A DNA stretch of 64,000 nucleotides, from the NCBI GenBank assembly GCA_951406725.2, contig OX597831.1:13082001-13146000 (forward strand). The letters are read 5' to 3'. The position numbers and the translations under genes were made by a program. Positions 41,645-56,255 of the stretch are shown one piece after another (position 1 is the first letter of the stretch; each line of letters begins with the position of its first letter). Below the pieces are notes generated by a model that saw only the letters and a list, made by a program, of their open reading frames with translations, had not been told where the DNA came from and did no database searches. The stretch is from Octopus vulgaris (Eukaryota).

Positions 41645-42110
41645 TAAAATCAAAATAAGCAACAGGATATCAAGAACTGATGCAGTACGACCGTTTCAAG
41701 CGGCTCCATTTATTTGAACAATGCAATCGCTACATTAATTTAAATGCAGCTGCACAAATAAATAAATAGAATTTTAATCAGTCTGACACATTAATATAAT
41801 TTTGCTCAAATACTCCAAAAGAGCAAGAAGATAGAAAAAATTCCTGTTGTCGCTATTGTAGCTAAGAATATATTACTATGCGTAGCTACAATAGCAACAA
41901 CATGGATTTTTTGCTAGCTTCTTGCTCTGTTAGAGTATTTGAGCAAAATTATATTAGTGTGCCCGACTGACTAAAATTCTACTTATTTATGCAGCTGAGG
42001 ATAGTCCTGCATTTAAACTGATGTAATGAGTTCATTTTTCAATTAAATGAAGCCGGTTGAAACGGTTGTACTGCATCACTTCTTGCTATCCTGTTGCTTA
42101 TTTTGATTAT
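41645..42110. repeat. Large fold-back inverted repeat (~220-bp arms) containing a hammerhead in the right arm
   Basis: AATCAAAATAAGCAACAGGATA...GCTATTGTAGCTA pairs with TAGCTACAATAGC...TATCCTGTTGCTTATTTTGATT; loop ~41866-41882. Confidence 0.9.
41989..42076 (+). ncRNA. Type I hammerhead motif with long stem II (base of stem II damaged)
   Basis: AUGCAG CUGAGGA [57-nt arm with CAUUUAA..UGA/UCA.UUAAAUG pairing] GAAA C-GGUU-G UA CUGCAU. Confidence 0.7.
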
Positions 42111-42199
42111 GTATATATATATGCTTATACTTTTGTATGTATGCATTTATGCATATACGTATGCATAAATGGCCTCACACGACATCGAATGGCAAGAGA

Positions 42200-42390
42200 C
42201 ATAGGTGTAGACCAAGAATGAGATAGTTTGATTATATCCAGCGTCTCAGTTGGTCACAATTGGGAATCCAGGCGGAAAGTGTAATGCTGGTTGCTTCTTG
42301 CCCCTGAGATGCCCCTCGGAGAAAGTGCCTGGTGGCTCTACCCCAGCTGCCATCCCAGGATTAGTTGACAGAGAAGATGGATGAATGGAT
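42200..42390 (+). mobile_element. RTE-clade LINE 3' terminal fragment
   Basis: DYIQRLSWSQLGIQAE resembles the RTE/Expander C-terminal DYISxLAWERLGIPxE and ends in a GATGGATGAATGGA tail. Confidence 0.55.
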
Positions 42391-42687
42391 ATAGATATAT
42401 ATACGAGGGCTGACCACTAAGTGGACATCCATATTCTAGGAGTCGACCCCCCCTATGGTCTTACTACTAAGAAATGAAAAGATACAAAATATACAGATTA
42501 ATCACAAACCAGTTTCGTTGTTGGTATTAATCAAATTAATATTCAAATTTTCACCCTTATTATTTTAAATATAAATATATATTAATAAAAATGGTAAAAC
42601 AACAAAAGAATGACAGAGACGTCGATATTATGTAAATAGAGGAATTTATCTACAAATGTAATATGTGACAATTATTCGGTAGCCATA

Positions 42688-42746
42688 ATAAAACTCCGAG
42701 TTTTGGATGCCGATGTGGAAATCCACGCCGCCATCTCTTCAGTTAT
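42688..42746 (-). ncRNA. Hammerhead motif with G12>A change
   Basis: Minus strand: AUAA CUGAAGA GAUG-GCGGC-GUGG-AUUU-CCAC-AUCGG-CAUC C AAAA CUC-G-GAG UU UUAU. Confidence 0.65.
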
Positions 42747-42869
42747 CCGGCCATCGGATATATATATATATATACATAGGGAGAGTTTACGAAAAAAACA
42801 AAGGACGAAGACAGGTGGTGTACAAAACAAACAGATGTATTAGTATAGCGCTCAGGAATAGAAAAAGTA

Positions 42870-42903
42870 TTTTACGTTTCGAGCCTACGCTCTTCTACAG
42901 AAA
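42870..42903 (-). ncRNA. Minimal hammerhead variant (A6>U), same architecture as 28706
   Basis: Minus strand: UUU CUGUAGA A GAGC-GUAG-GCUC GAAA CG UA AAA, in a repeat at ~42778-42962. A decayed plus-strand copy lies at ~44943-44976. Confidence 0.6.
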
Positions 42904-42961
42904 GGGACACAGAAAAAAACAAGGAGAGAAAAGAATATGTGTAGTGGCTAACGATCTAACA

Positions 42962-43067
<106 letters not shown>

Positions 43068-43248
43068 CATAAATGAGGGCAAAGGAAAAAAATTCTAATT
43101 TCCTTTTTTTCCTTTTTTTCCCCCTTTGCCCTCATTTATGAATTGTTTATAAATTTAACCGTTAAAGGTATTTTTTAATATGCTGGCCATTGATAAAATT
43201 TTTTTCGAGAAAATATTTTTTTTTCGAAAAGAATTTTATCCTCACATT

Positions 43249-43298
<50 letters not shown>

Positions 43299-43396
43299 GA
43301 TAAGAATATCCGTTTTTATTATCGCTGACCAGCACACTATGCTCATAGGGTACATGTAATAACAGAATGAGCACGTTTCCCCATTTTCTGCTTATT

Positions 43397-43455
<59 letters not shown>

Positions 43456-43508
43456 TATGGGATTACATGGATGAGCAGTTAATAATATATATATCTATGT
43501 ATGTATGC

Positions 43509-43545
<37 letters not shown>

Positions 43546-44022
43546 TGTCTGTGTGAGTAAACATTGCATTAAGCTTATTGAATATATTCCAGGCTTGGGT
43601 TATGGCAGTGTTTGCGCGCACGTATTTGTGGGAGTGTTTGTTCATATGGCTAGATATATTTTGAAGTCTGGATTTGTCTATGAATATGTAATGGAAAAAT
43701 TATTCTATATTAGAAACGTAATAAAAATTGTGTTAGAAATGTAGCTGTTGAGCAGAGTTAATTCACGAAACATAATTAAAGAACAAAGTAAATATATTTG
43801 CTCAGATAGTTGTTATTGCAAGTTGTTCTGAAGAATCTCTTGAAGTGGACAGAATAACGCTAGTCTTATAAGTCTCAGACAAATACATACACGTGTTCTA
43901 ATACATAAACATACATACACACACGCATACATACATGCAAGTTTGCATACATATACATCTGTATACATAAATATATGCAGATATATATCAATATTTATCT
44001 ATCTATCCATGTATCCAACTAT

Positions 44023-44058
<36 letters not shown>

Positions 44059-44091
44059 ATACATACATACGTACACACATACATACATATA

Positions 44092-44131
<40 letters not shown>

Positions 44132-44138
44132 TAGATAT

Positions 44139-44234
<96 letters not shown>

Positions 44235-44544
44235 GCAGACAGACAGATAGATAGATAGATATATTTCATGTATAGATGCCGCCATTAAAACAAAAATCAT
44301 CTGTTATCTTACTTGTCGATTAATAATACTAAAGCAAGGAGATGATCTGTCAGAATGGTTGGCACACTGGACACAATTCTTTGTGACAAATATCTCTGGA
44401 TCACTCATTATTTATATTCATATGTGTATATATCTGTGCTTCAAATCCAAATTACCCTTCAGCTTTACTTTCGCGCGCGCACACACACACATTCATATAT
44501 TTGTCAACCAATTTATCTCACGCCCTCTTTCGATAAATATATAT

Positions 44545-44606
<62 letters not shown>

Positions 44607-44638
44607 TCATACATATAAACACATATATATATATCTTC

Positions 44639-44678
<40 letters not shown>

Positions 44679-44858
44679 AGATGAAATATACAGTAAAACA
44701 AAAGACGGAGACAGGTGTATAAACAATAAGCAGGTGTATTAGTTTGAGGCTCAGAAATCATGGGACATGAAATAAGTTTCTTATAACACAGCCACAACCA
44801 CGCCTGCGCCTCCGAATGTACGACTCGAAGATGGTATTTTAAATATATATAGACATAC

Positions 44859-44896
<38 letters not shown>

Positions 44897-45414
44897 CTAT
44901 CTATATCTATCTCTATTTTTGAACTTTTTTGCTTTGTGTTCCTTCCTGTTAACGAGCGTAGGATCAAAACGTCAAAGACTTTCTCATCTTCCTGAGCGTC
45001 AAGCCGGCCCTTAGGAGCCAGGCATGTCACTTGAAGGGACAAACAAATTACTTTAATGTATCAACTTTGTGTATTCGCAGATTAGCTGTGTTTTGGCCTG
45101 GTGGAGGGAAAATACTCTCTCAAATCTTAAGAGACTATTTTCCACCTCGCCAAAACGCAGCGAAGACGTGACTTATATGTGGTTGATTATTACTAAGTGC
45201 AAACGAATCTTTGATATATATTTATATTTTCTATTCATACATTCACACACAGAGGTGCAAGAATGACTCTGTGGTAAGAAACTTGCTTCCTAACCACATG
45301 GTCCCGGGTTCAGTCTCATTGCGCGGCACCTTGGGAAAGTGCCTTCTACTATAGCCTCGGGCCGACCAAATCCTTGTGAATGAATTTGGTATACGGAAAC
45401 TGAAAGATGCCCGT

Positions 45415-45527
<113 letters not shown>

Positions 45528-45528
45528 A

Positions 45529-45583
<55 letters not shown>

Positions 45584-45595
45584 ACAGTAATAACA

Positions 45596-46340
45596 GGTTA
45601 CCTACGGAAGCGCGTTTTTGCCTATGTGGTTTGTCTTCAAGTGCTTTGGTTTTTCTGGGAACTCCCTTTAAAGTAGAAAGAATAGCTAGGATTTTGACTA
45701 AAACTTCGGTGAAGCTACTCGTTGCTGAACCCTAATTATATAGTATTACTTAAACTTACCATTAAATGGTCTTTTTTCATGCCGAATTCTACTTGGTGAA
45801 ATGACTAATTACTTATTAATTAATTAATTTCACCCTTTGTTATTATTGATAATGGTATTTTTCTCCCAGAAAAAAAACTGTAGCATCTTACTTTGGCAAC
45901 ACGCTGGAGGGCGATGGAGGATGACTTACTGTCATTCATTTTTTGAATTTGGCGGCACTAACACGGAATACGACCTCTCTGATACCGTTAGGTTAAGTGA
46001 TGTTTTGCAGTGCCCTCAAATTTAAGATACAATTATTAATAATTGGGATACAATTATTTATGATTGTGGAATCCTACGCTGAAGAGTCGAAAATAGTCGG
46101 GTAAGGTATGATTATTTATTATTTATGCTTTATACTGGCTTAATTCCGAAACGCGCGTCCGTAGGTAACCTAATATAGAATGATTTTCGTCATTTTTCCC
46201 CTTTTGCCTACGTGGTTTGTTTTCAAGTGCTTTGGTTTTTCTGGGAACTCCCTTTAAAGTAGAAAGAATAGCTAGGATTTTGACTGCTATTTCTAAAACT
46301 TCGGTGTGTGGTGAAGCTAATCGTTGCTGAACCCTAATTA
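45596..46340 (+). mobile_element. PLE-type pseudo-LTR element with partial direct and inverted terminal duplications
   Basis: 45617-45741 is repeated directly at 46202-46341. 45596-45618 is the reverse complement of the hammerhead 3' end (46149-46170). Flanked by (TA)n on both sides. Confidence 0.75.
46073..46165 (+). ncRNA. Type I hammerhead ribozyme with intact core and extended stem II
   Basis: CCUACG CUGAAGA G...[AGUCGG/CUGGCU, UAAGGUAUGA/UUAUGCUUUA]...C GAAA C-GCGC-G UC CGUAGG. 6-bp stem I, GUC triplet (predicted cut after 46159), palindromic ACGCGCGU. Confidence 0.9.
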
Positions 46341-46460
<120 letters not shown>

Positions 46461-46501
46461 TGTGTGTGTATGTATATATATACATATATATATATATATA
46501 C

Positions 46502-46896
46502 GGCGCAGGAGTAGATGCGTGGTAAGGAGCTTGCTTCCTAATCACATGGTTCCGGAATCAGCTCCACTATGTGGCACCTTGGACCAACCAAAGGCTTGTG
46601 AGTAGATTTGGTAGACGGAAACTGAAAGAAGCCCGTCGCATTTATATATATATATATATATGTGTGTGTGTATATATGCATATGTATGTATGTACGTGTG
46701 TCTGTGTTTGTCTCCCACCGTCGCTTGACAACCGATGTTGGTGTTTACATTCCTGTAACTTAACGGCTCGGCAAAAGCGACCGATAGAATAAGTACTAGG
46801 CTTACAAAGAGTAAGTCCTCTGGTCGATTTACTCGACTAAAGGCAGTGCTCCAGCATGGCCGCAGTCAAATGACTGAAACAAGTAAAAGAGTAAAA
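46502..46896 (+). mobile_element. SINE family A, near full length
   Basis: Matches 25834-26190 and the reverse complement of 680-1062. Confidence 0.85.
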
Positions 46897-47465
46897 CTGT
46901 ACACAAAGCATTTCTCTAACATCACGTCAGTGGCGTGGGTCGAAAACAAATAACAAAAACCACAAAAAAAAACCTGAAACAATATATGTATACATACAAT
47001 TATAAGGCTATCTACTGTTTGATGAATATATGTGTATTTACTGTAAGCAGCATCTATATGTGTAAGCGTAATGTTTATATAGACACGTAGCTTTTTAAAT
47101 ATAAATCTGGTAACATCTCTCAGTGTATCAATGACACTAATGATCGATATAATAAATAGAGCCATTTACACGTTGGTCTGGTTACCTTGGAGCAGTTTAC
47201 TGTAAACCATCTCAGCAGGATATGAATGAAGCGATTTCCTGGTTGCTGATGGTTGTTCTTATTTGATCGACTGATTGATTGGTAAAATACTCACCTGACA
47301 CATTATCTCTCGCTCTCTCTTTCTTACACTTTCTCTATATATACACACATATGTATTTATACATACGTATATATGTATTCATATTTATATCTATCCATTT
47401 ATACACATGCACACACTCATATCTATCTATTCATACACACCCGCACACTCATATCTACCCGTCTG

Positions 47466-47522
<57 letters not shown>

Positions 47523-47556
47523 ATAACTATCTGTTTACATATAGGTGTGAGTTTGT

Positions 47557-47625
<69 letters not shown>

Positions 47626-47715
47626 AGTGCACACACTTATCGTACCTGAATAGGTTAGACAAATCCGAGGTGTTATCAATAGTTGGGATGGGTGAAGTAG
47701 AACTTACTGCGACAA

Positions 47716-47770
<55 letters not shown>

Positions 47771-48399
47771 TCTTTTCTATTATAGGCAGAAGGCCTGAAA
47801 TTTGGGGGAGGGGATAGTCGTTTACATCGACCGCAGTACTCACCCGGTACATAATTTATCGTCCCCGAAACTATGAAAGGTTAAGTCGACCTCGATGGAA
47901 TGTGAACTCAGAACGTAGCGACGAGCGAAATACCGCTAAGTATTTAGCCCAGTATGCTAACAATTCTGCCAGCCCACCACCGAGCATTTTGTTCGTCGCT
48001 CTGGACACTTTCCCAAGGGACTGACTCCAAACCCCATAAAGGGACAGTCATGCCTCTGCCCATATTTCTATGAATTATTCGGGCGTTTTATGAAATTATA
48101 AATACATAATCCTTAAATTTTAAAAACGAAAATCGGTAAAAACAAACAGTATTTGTTAATATCAAATTTTGTTGTATGATGAAAACTGAGAAAAAAGTAT
48201 TTAAGACAATATTTAACAATATAGTAAAATAGCTTATATCTAATTTTTGAAAATTCTATTTTAACCCTTTCAGGCTCCGAGTGCTATGTATCGGGTGTGA
48301 TTCCATTTCACTATACATCTTGAAAACGCAAAAGCTGGTGGCCCCATCGTTTTGCATTTTGAACTTTATTCTTTAACTTTATGTGGAACATAATGTGTC

Positions 48400-48810
48400 A
48401 TCAGTTGATCTTCATCTGTTTCGATTTTTGGCAATGAATTGTAGTTGTTCTCAGGTCTAGTCACCTGCCTGCGCTTCAAGTTCAGTAGACATCCAGGTTC
48501 CTTTTGGTTGTCACAATGGATCACCTTTGATTTATCCATCGAGGGATTTGCTTTGTAATGTTGAAAACAGGTCTCCGTAGGGTGTGTCCAATCAGGTTTC
48601 GGTTTTGTAGGGTGTCTCCCCAAACAACCCCATTTCCTCCTCTTGATATGGGTTTTGATAGGGTGGTGGTTCACTTATTCCCGCAAAGCTTTGTGAGTCT
48701 GTCTTGTCATTTCACTCGAAAGATGTTTTGGAGATATCTGTTCACAAACGTTTTGTGCTTGTCCATTGACAACTTTGTGACTCAATATATTTCATAGTAT
48801 GTTTCTGCGC
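48400..48810 (-). mobile_element. RTE-like LINE C-terminal remnant
   Basis: IKRRKWGCLGRH resembles RTE IxxRxWxWIGH; heavily decayed. Confidence 0.5.
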
Positions 48811-49180
48811 ACAGCAGAAATATTTTTACCTTTGTATCACAAATCCTGAGTTTTGAGTCTGGCGAGGAAGTTCTAGGATGTCCAGACTTAACACCTTGAA
48901 GGCAGTTATAGATTTGTTTACAGATTGCAGGTAGGGTGAAGCATCGTAATTTGCCGCTATAAACACAAAACCATGTCGCCAGTCGCTTCTGTGTCTTTCA
49001 GGGTTATAGTTAAAACGAAAACGCACCCGTTGAAGCCTACGTGCGATAACAAAATGTTAAAATGACTTAATAAGTTACTTGTAGTTTAAATGTGACTGTG
49101 TTTCAGATATTGCTTACTAATAAAAAATAATTAGAAATAAACTTACTAATTTTGCTTTTCTAAAGAACAATGTCTATAAA

Positions 49181-49466
49181 GTGGAGGCACATGGCCTAGT
49201 AGTTAAAGAAGCGGACTCGCGGTGGAGGGACCGCGGGTTCGAATCTCAGACAGGGCGATGTGTGTGTTTATGAGCGAAATACCTAAGCACCACGCTGCTC
49301 CGGCAGAAGGTAATGGCGAACCTCTGCTGACTCTTTTCGCCACAACTTTCATTCTCTTTCCTGCATCTTGCAGCTCACCTGCGACGGAGCGGCGTCCCGT
49401 TCAGGTGGGGAACCTATACGCCAAGGAAACCAGCCCTATGAACCAGGCATGGCTGTAGAAGGAACA
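49181..49466 (+). mobile_element. SINE family C relative with V-like tail and 15-bp TSD
   Basis: Head GTGGAGGCACATGGCCTAGTAGTTAAAGAAGCGGACTCGCGG..GGTTCGAATC. TSD AACAATGTCTA(T/C)AAA at 49166-49180 and 49467-49481. Confidence 0.85.
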
Positions 49467-51209
49467 AACAATGTCTACAAAATTTAGATACGAACCTAGA
49501 TTTTGATGTGGTATGTAGAATAGTGCCTGTTAGTTTTCACTCACAAAGACAATTTCAATAATTTGAGCGAGTTATAAATAGAATTAAATAGAATGTGTAT
49601 ATATTTTAAAACAACGTTGTAATATATATACACGTTGGCTTCAATCAATAAAATGTATGCAAGCACAATAGCTTTTTGCGATTGAAAACTATATTGTAGT
49701 ATTGAAAGCAGTAGTCTTGTTAAATTATAGAGGGGAACTAGCAGAATCAATACAGCGTTGCTGTTATCCTACTGACTCTTTATGTACCGAGTTCAAATCC
49801 CACCGGGGCCAATTTGATATTTTTTCTTTCGATAAAATAAAATACCAGCGAAGTGCTACGCCCTATTTTATCGATCCCCCCCTCACCTTAAGACTGTTAG
49901 TTTTATGTTACAATTAGAAAGCATCGTTAAATTGTAGAAGTGAGCTGGAAGAATCGTTACAACATCGTAAAAATCCAGTTCAAATCCAGCTGTTGAGGTT
50001 CAATTCCCTTCTTCTTCTTCTTCTTCTTCTTTGCCAAGAATTCACAACGACCTCGAACCCACAAGTGTAAACAAGAGAGACACAGAGACAGGCAGAAACA
50101 AGGAAAATGCCCCTTGTATTCGACTACTATGCAAATATTCTTATGCCTATCGAGTTTTACTTTGTTTTTCTTCAGCCCAGTATCAATAAAATTCAGTACC
50201 AAATCAAAAATTGCGTTTTTGAAGCTGAATTAGAAGCTATTAAAACGCTGCCATTATCAACTCTCTCATTCACCACTCCGGGTACGATAAACCAAATGAC
50301 CACTCAGTTACTACGACCAATATATAAAACTGCTGTTTTTTTTATTGTCTAAATTAGAAGCATTTATTATTACTGTTATTAATAGGGCGGCGTAGATCAA
50401 ATTTCGCCGCAACTGACTTTACCTTTAATCATTTCGTGGTCGAAAAAGTATCAGTTGGACGCTGGTGTTGATACATACCACATCAGCTTCCCAGAAATTG
50501 CTGGTAACGTGTCAAACTTTGAAACCATTATTATAAAGTGCGGTGGGTAGCGGGAGAAGACACACTTTTATTCTGTCTGTCTCTCTGTCTCTCTCTCACA
50601 CGCACATGTACACGGGCTTCTTTCAGTTTCCATCTACCAAATCCACTCACAAGGCTTTGGTCTGCCTGAGGCTATAGTAGAAGCCACTTGTCAAAGGTGC
50701 CAGCGGTAGGACAGAACACAGAACTATGTGCTTCGGAAGCAAGCTTCTTACAACGTGTGTACATCCATGTGTGTTTGTGTGTGAGTTTAATATCTATTGC
50801 CCTCGCTACCTTATATTATAGTATATACCTATTTCTTTACTACCCACAAGGGGCTAAACACAGACGGGGCGAACAAGGGCAGACACACGAATTAAGTCGA
50901 CTATATCGACCCCAGTGCGTAACTGGTACTTATTTAATCGACCCCGAAAGGATAAAAGGCACAGTCGACCTCGGCAGAATTTGAACTGAGAACGTAACGG
51001 CAGACGAAATACCGCTAAGCATTTCGCCCGGCACCATTGACCATTTCCTTAATGGTCTGTCGTTCTTATATCATATAATAGTGTGCTGTAGATCATTGGC
51101 CATTCCGCTCAATAATGAAATTCATTTTGTTTTAAAATATGAAGAGTCACCATCGCATTTCTGTCACTTCAAATATAAAAATAAATAAATAACTAAATAA
51201 ATAAATGAA

Positions 51210-51252
<43 letters not shown>

Positions 51253-51596
51253 AAAAGAATTTGAAAAATATTTTGAAAAATTATTGTGAAATACGAGAAA
51301 ATATTAATTAGAAATTCCTTTGAGTAATGATTGATTTTCTTGGAATATTTTATCTTTTATCGCTTGTTTCAGTCATTAGACTGCGACGATGCTGGGGCAT
51401 TGTATTGAACAACATTAGGCGAATGAATCGACCCTAGTACTTACTTTTTCGTAAAACTTGGTACTTATTCTATGGGTGTCTATTTTGCCGAACCGCTAGT
51501 GTTACGTGGACGTAAACACACCAACACCACTTTTAAAGCGGTGGTCAGAGAGAAACACACACACACATTCACACACATATATAGACATACATATAT

Positions 51597-51902
51597 GTGA
51601 AGGTGCAAGGCTTAGTGGTTAGGGTGTTGCACTCACGATTGTGAGTTCGTGGGTTCGATTCCCAGACCGGGCGTTGCGTTGTGTTCTTGAGCAAAGCACT
51701 TTATTTCACGTTGCTCTGCGATCATTTCGTCATCTGATATCTGGCACCCAGTTGCACCTGTACAGGTAATGTCGTTTTGATGGAGGGAGTGTTGTTTATG
51801 TCTGCACAAACATTTGATCACTATAAACGAATCATCTGTGTGGTTGCTCGGTAAGAAATCGCTCAACTCTCATACGTCGTCTGACGACGGGAGAGTCCGT
51901 GA
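51597..51902 (+). mobile_element. tRNA-derived SINE with CORE-like central domain
   Basis: GGCTTAGTGGTTAGGG...GGGTTCGATTCCC then GTGTTCTTGAGCAAAGCACTTTATTTCACGTTGCTC. Confidence 0.7.
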
Positions 51903-51957
<55 letters not shown>

Positions 51958-51961
<4 letters not shown>

Positions 51962-52122
51962 TAGAAAAAACACATTTTATCAATTCAATAATGAAAAGTT
52001 AAATTATTCCATTTAGAAAAATTACATCTTATAGAAAGATTACATATAAGATATATTTAATCTTAAATGGTATAATTTAATTTTTCATTATTGAATTGAT
52101 AAAGGGTGTGTTTTTTGTATTT
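51958..52122. repeat. AT-rich fold-back inverted repeat, ~75-bp arms
   Basis: TTTATCAATTCAATAATGAAAA.TTAAATTAT.CCATTTA pairs with TAAATGG.ATAATTTAA.TTTTCATTATTGAATTGATAAA. Confidence 0.85.
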
Positions 52123-52338
52123 TGTGAAATTTGATTTAGCATTTCTAAATTGAATTTTTCCCTGTAAGTTTGGAATAATATTCCCTCATATTATATATAT
52201 ATTATTCAAAGAGATTCCAACTTTGTCTCATTTTCACGTTATATTTCAATCTTACAATAATATAATATAATATAATATAATATAATATAATATAATATAA
52301 TATAATGAAATGATAGAATATTAAATGTCCATTCAGAT

Positions 52339-52383
52339 TGAACAAGTACTTTCATGCATTAAACTATACAATCTTCAGGTTCA
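52339..52383 (-). ncRNA. Type I hammerhead motif, intact core
   Basis: Minus strand: UGAAC CUGAAGA U UGUAU-AGUUUA-AUGCA U GAAA GUAC UU GUUCA. Palindromic AGUACU, CUU triplet. The host repeat shares ATTATTCAAAGA.ATTCCAACT with 38884. Confidence 0.8.
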
Positions 52384-52808
52384 TGTAGTAGTGATGTCAG
52401 TTATGTTTTACAATTTACAACTATAGTGAGACGACTAAACTGTGTGCCTTAAATACATTTGTTTAGGGTTCAAAATGTTAATTTTTGAAAACTGTATTCT
52501 GACCAATCAGTGTGTGATTTTACTGAATTACTTAAGTTGATTAGTGTTTGGTTTAGGCGTCACGGTTTGTTGAACATGTCACTAGACCTGTATTTTGACC
52601 ATGGCTAAAGCAGTAATTGTTGGACCATTTTAGAAATGGTGTAAACAATATTTTCCTGGGATTTTTACATTTCAATTATCCTCACCATCATCATTATAAT
52701 CTCTTTTATTATTGTTGTTGTTGTTGTTATAAGTAGGAGTGGCTGTGATAATAGAACTTTAAACTACAAATAAGATAATTTTTACTACTTTTCTCTTGAC
52801 TTAGCTAT

Positions 52809-53327
<519 letters not shown>

Positions 53328-54188
53328 ACACACACATATATATATATAATGGGTCACTTTCAGTTTCGGTTTACCAAATCCATTCACAGGGTTTTGGTCA
53401 GCCCGAGGCGTAAGTAGCTTCTTACCACACAGAAGCAAGCTTCTTACGACACAGCCATACTTGGTTCTCTTACTCTTTACATTTTTGTCATTTATTTCCT
53501 TCTTATTGTATTTTGCATATTTTAATTCACTTCCTATTTCCATATGTTATTCTATGTCTAACGTTGTCATGTATCCTGATATATTATGCCTTTTTTCTAT
53601 CAATATATTTGAACTTTGTGTTTTTTCATACTCTTACTTTCATATTGTATATTTTAAATTATCTTCTCTTCTTGTGTGTTTTTTGTTTGTGGACCAACCT
53701 ACGTTGTCGTATATTCTCTTTCAATGTTCGCTCTTATTGTATATTTTAAATTATCGTGTTTGATGTTTCTGTATCTTTTACACTAGTTTCGTAGTTGCCT
53801 GCGCTTCTTTCTCGTGTGTCGTGTCTTCGTGTATACTTTTAAGCAAGCGTGTGTTCTTTTGAAGAATGCACAGCAAGAATTATCTCGGTTCAATGCAACG
53901 AACACGAGATTAAAATATGTTTCGTGAGAAGAATATGTAAAGATAAATAAATTTTTTTATATGGATTCTCCGTCAGTTTCGACGATGACGATTCGGCTGT
54001 ATAAGGGAATTTGTTTTCGTTAAATAAACACTTAAGTGGTTGAGTATTCCACAGATATGCATTCTTAATGTAATTCTCAGGCTAAGTTGCCGCGTGACGC
54101 AAAGTGACAGGCACAATGCAGAAACAGAGAGAGAGAGGGGGAAAGACAGAGGGAGAGAGAGAGGAGAGGAAGAAAGAGAAGGAAAGAA

Positions 54189-54235
<47 letters not shown>

Positions 54236-54429
54236 AATACCTCTTTCACATTTTTTTCTCTCTCTGGTTCGTGCCTGTAATTTAAAGTATTCTTGACAAG
54301 TATTATTATTATTATTAACGTTTTTGTTTTAGCTCCCAGGTCAAAACTAATCAAGGGTACCTAGGTACAGAAGACTGGCCATAATTTATCTTTATTTTGA
54401 GGTATAGGCTTACGATGACTATAGTATAG

Positions 54430-54483
<54 letters not shown>

Positions 54484-54524
54484 CTTATATATATATGTAT
54501 GTATATATATATATAATATGTATG

Positions 54525-54606
<82 letters not shown>

Positions 54607-54628
54607 CACATACACACACACACACACA

Positions 54629-54675
<47 letters not shown>

Positions 54676-54982
54676 CATACTGCCGGTTAACGTGTTTCTT
54701 CTTAAGTCGGTTTAAGATGGCGGCTGATCACCACGGTGCTTATGTTGTACCCGAGCTAACAAAAAGTTGCTCGGTTCTGGTAACTTTTCTCTCTCGGCAA
54801 ATCTGAGACTCCTGTTCCAGACTGCATATTTTTCGTGGAGTGAGTCAGAGTATTAATAATGACAAAGAGAACGCAGACTTTTCACATACATAAATTTTTT
54901 TAACAGCTAAAGATGCTGTAAAAAGTAACTGTCAAATAATATTATGGATGCGAAAAATCTTCGTTCATCATCATCATTAATA

Positions 54983-55049
<67 letters not shown>

Positions 55050-56113
55050 CGTATAGGCGCAGGCATGGTTGTGTGGTAAGTAGCTTGCTTATCAGCCACA
55101 TGGTTCCGGATTCATTCCCAGTGCGTGGAACCTTAGGCAAGTGTACTAATTTGAACTCTTCTAATTTGAACTCAGAACGTAGCGACAGACGAAATACCGC
55201 TAAGCATTTCGCCCGGCGTGCTAATGTTTCTTATTTCTTTATTCCCCACAAGGGGCTAAAAATAGAGGGGACAAACAAGGATAGACAAACGGATTAAGTC
55301 GATTACGTCGACCTCGGCGGAATTTGAACTCAGAACGTAACAGCAGACGGAATACCGCTATGCACTCCGTCCGGCGTGCTAACGTTTCTGCCAGTTCGAC
55401 TCCTTCGATCATTTAAATAATGTAAACGCAATGAACATATAGGTGTAATAGCTATGCAAGTTATTTGACCTGAGACAGCATGTTAAAAATACACGACTGT
55501 AGCGTGGAAATCACATAATAGCCGTTCGAAAACAAAAAAGGCAGCTGACGTCACATTAACATTTGTTATATAAGATAAATATTAGCCAGAAATTCAGATG
55601 TCAGTGGACGCCTGCCACCGATGAAGCGCAGTGCACTGAAATTACGTGATTTGTGTGTGCTGTGAGGACATCTTAAAGCGAAAACCATAATATTGGTCAT
55701 TCTAATAAGAAATCCACGATATGTAAGACACAAAGAGTGTCATACGGTAGAAATATTGCATCTGCCGCCAACATCAGTTTTTTATAAGCCAGCTGACTAC
55801 TTGCAACGTCAATGACTTAAAAATCATTAGTATTCTATGTATCGCTGGCAAAGATTTGGCTGTTATTTCAAGCAGAAAACACGATTACTCAAAGACACTT
55901 GCGTTCTGTAGTATCAATGGTCTCTGATCCGTAAATGCTTGTTTCGTTCATCTTTCTTTCATTCTTTCTTTCTTCGTTTCTTTGTTTCTTTCTTTTATTT
56001 TACCTTCTGTCTATCATCCTCGCTTCAGCACACATACGCACAGACATAATGTATACAAATATTTTTACCGTATAAGAACAGATATATAAAATAAACTTGT
56101 ATACATATTTACA

Positions 56114-56255
<142 letters not shown>

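Noticed and set aside
51878-51905. CUGACGA followed by a small hairpin
   Set aside because: No GAAA or stem III; it is part of a SINE tail.
55616-55654. Hammerhead-like CCGAUGA AGCGC-AGU-GCACU GAAA UUACGUGA UU
   Set aside because: U4 is changed, stem II has a mismatch and stem I has only ~2 bp, so it may be chance.
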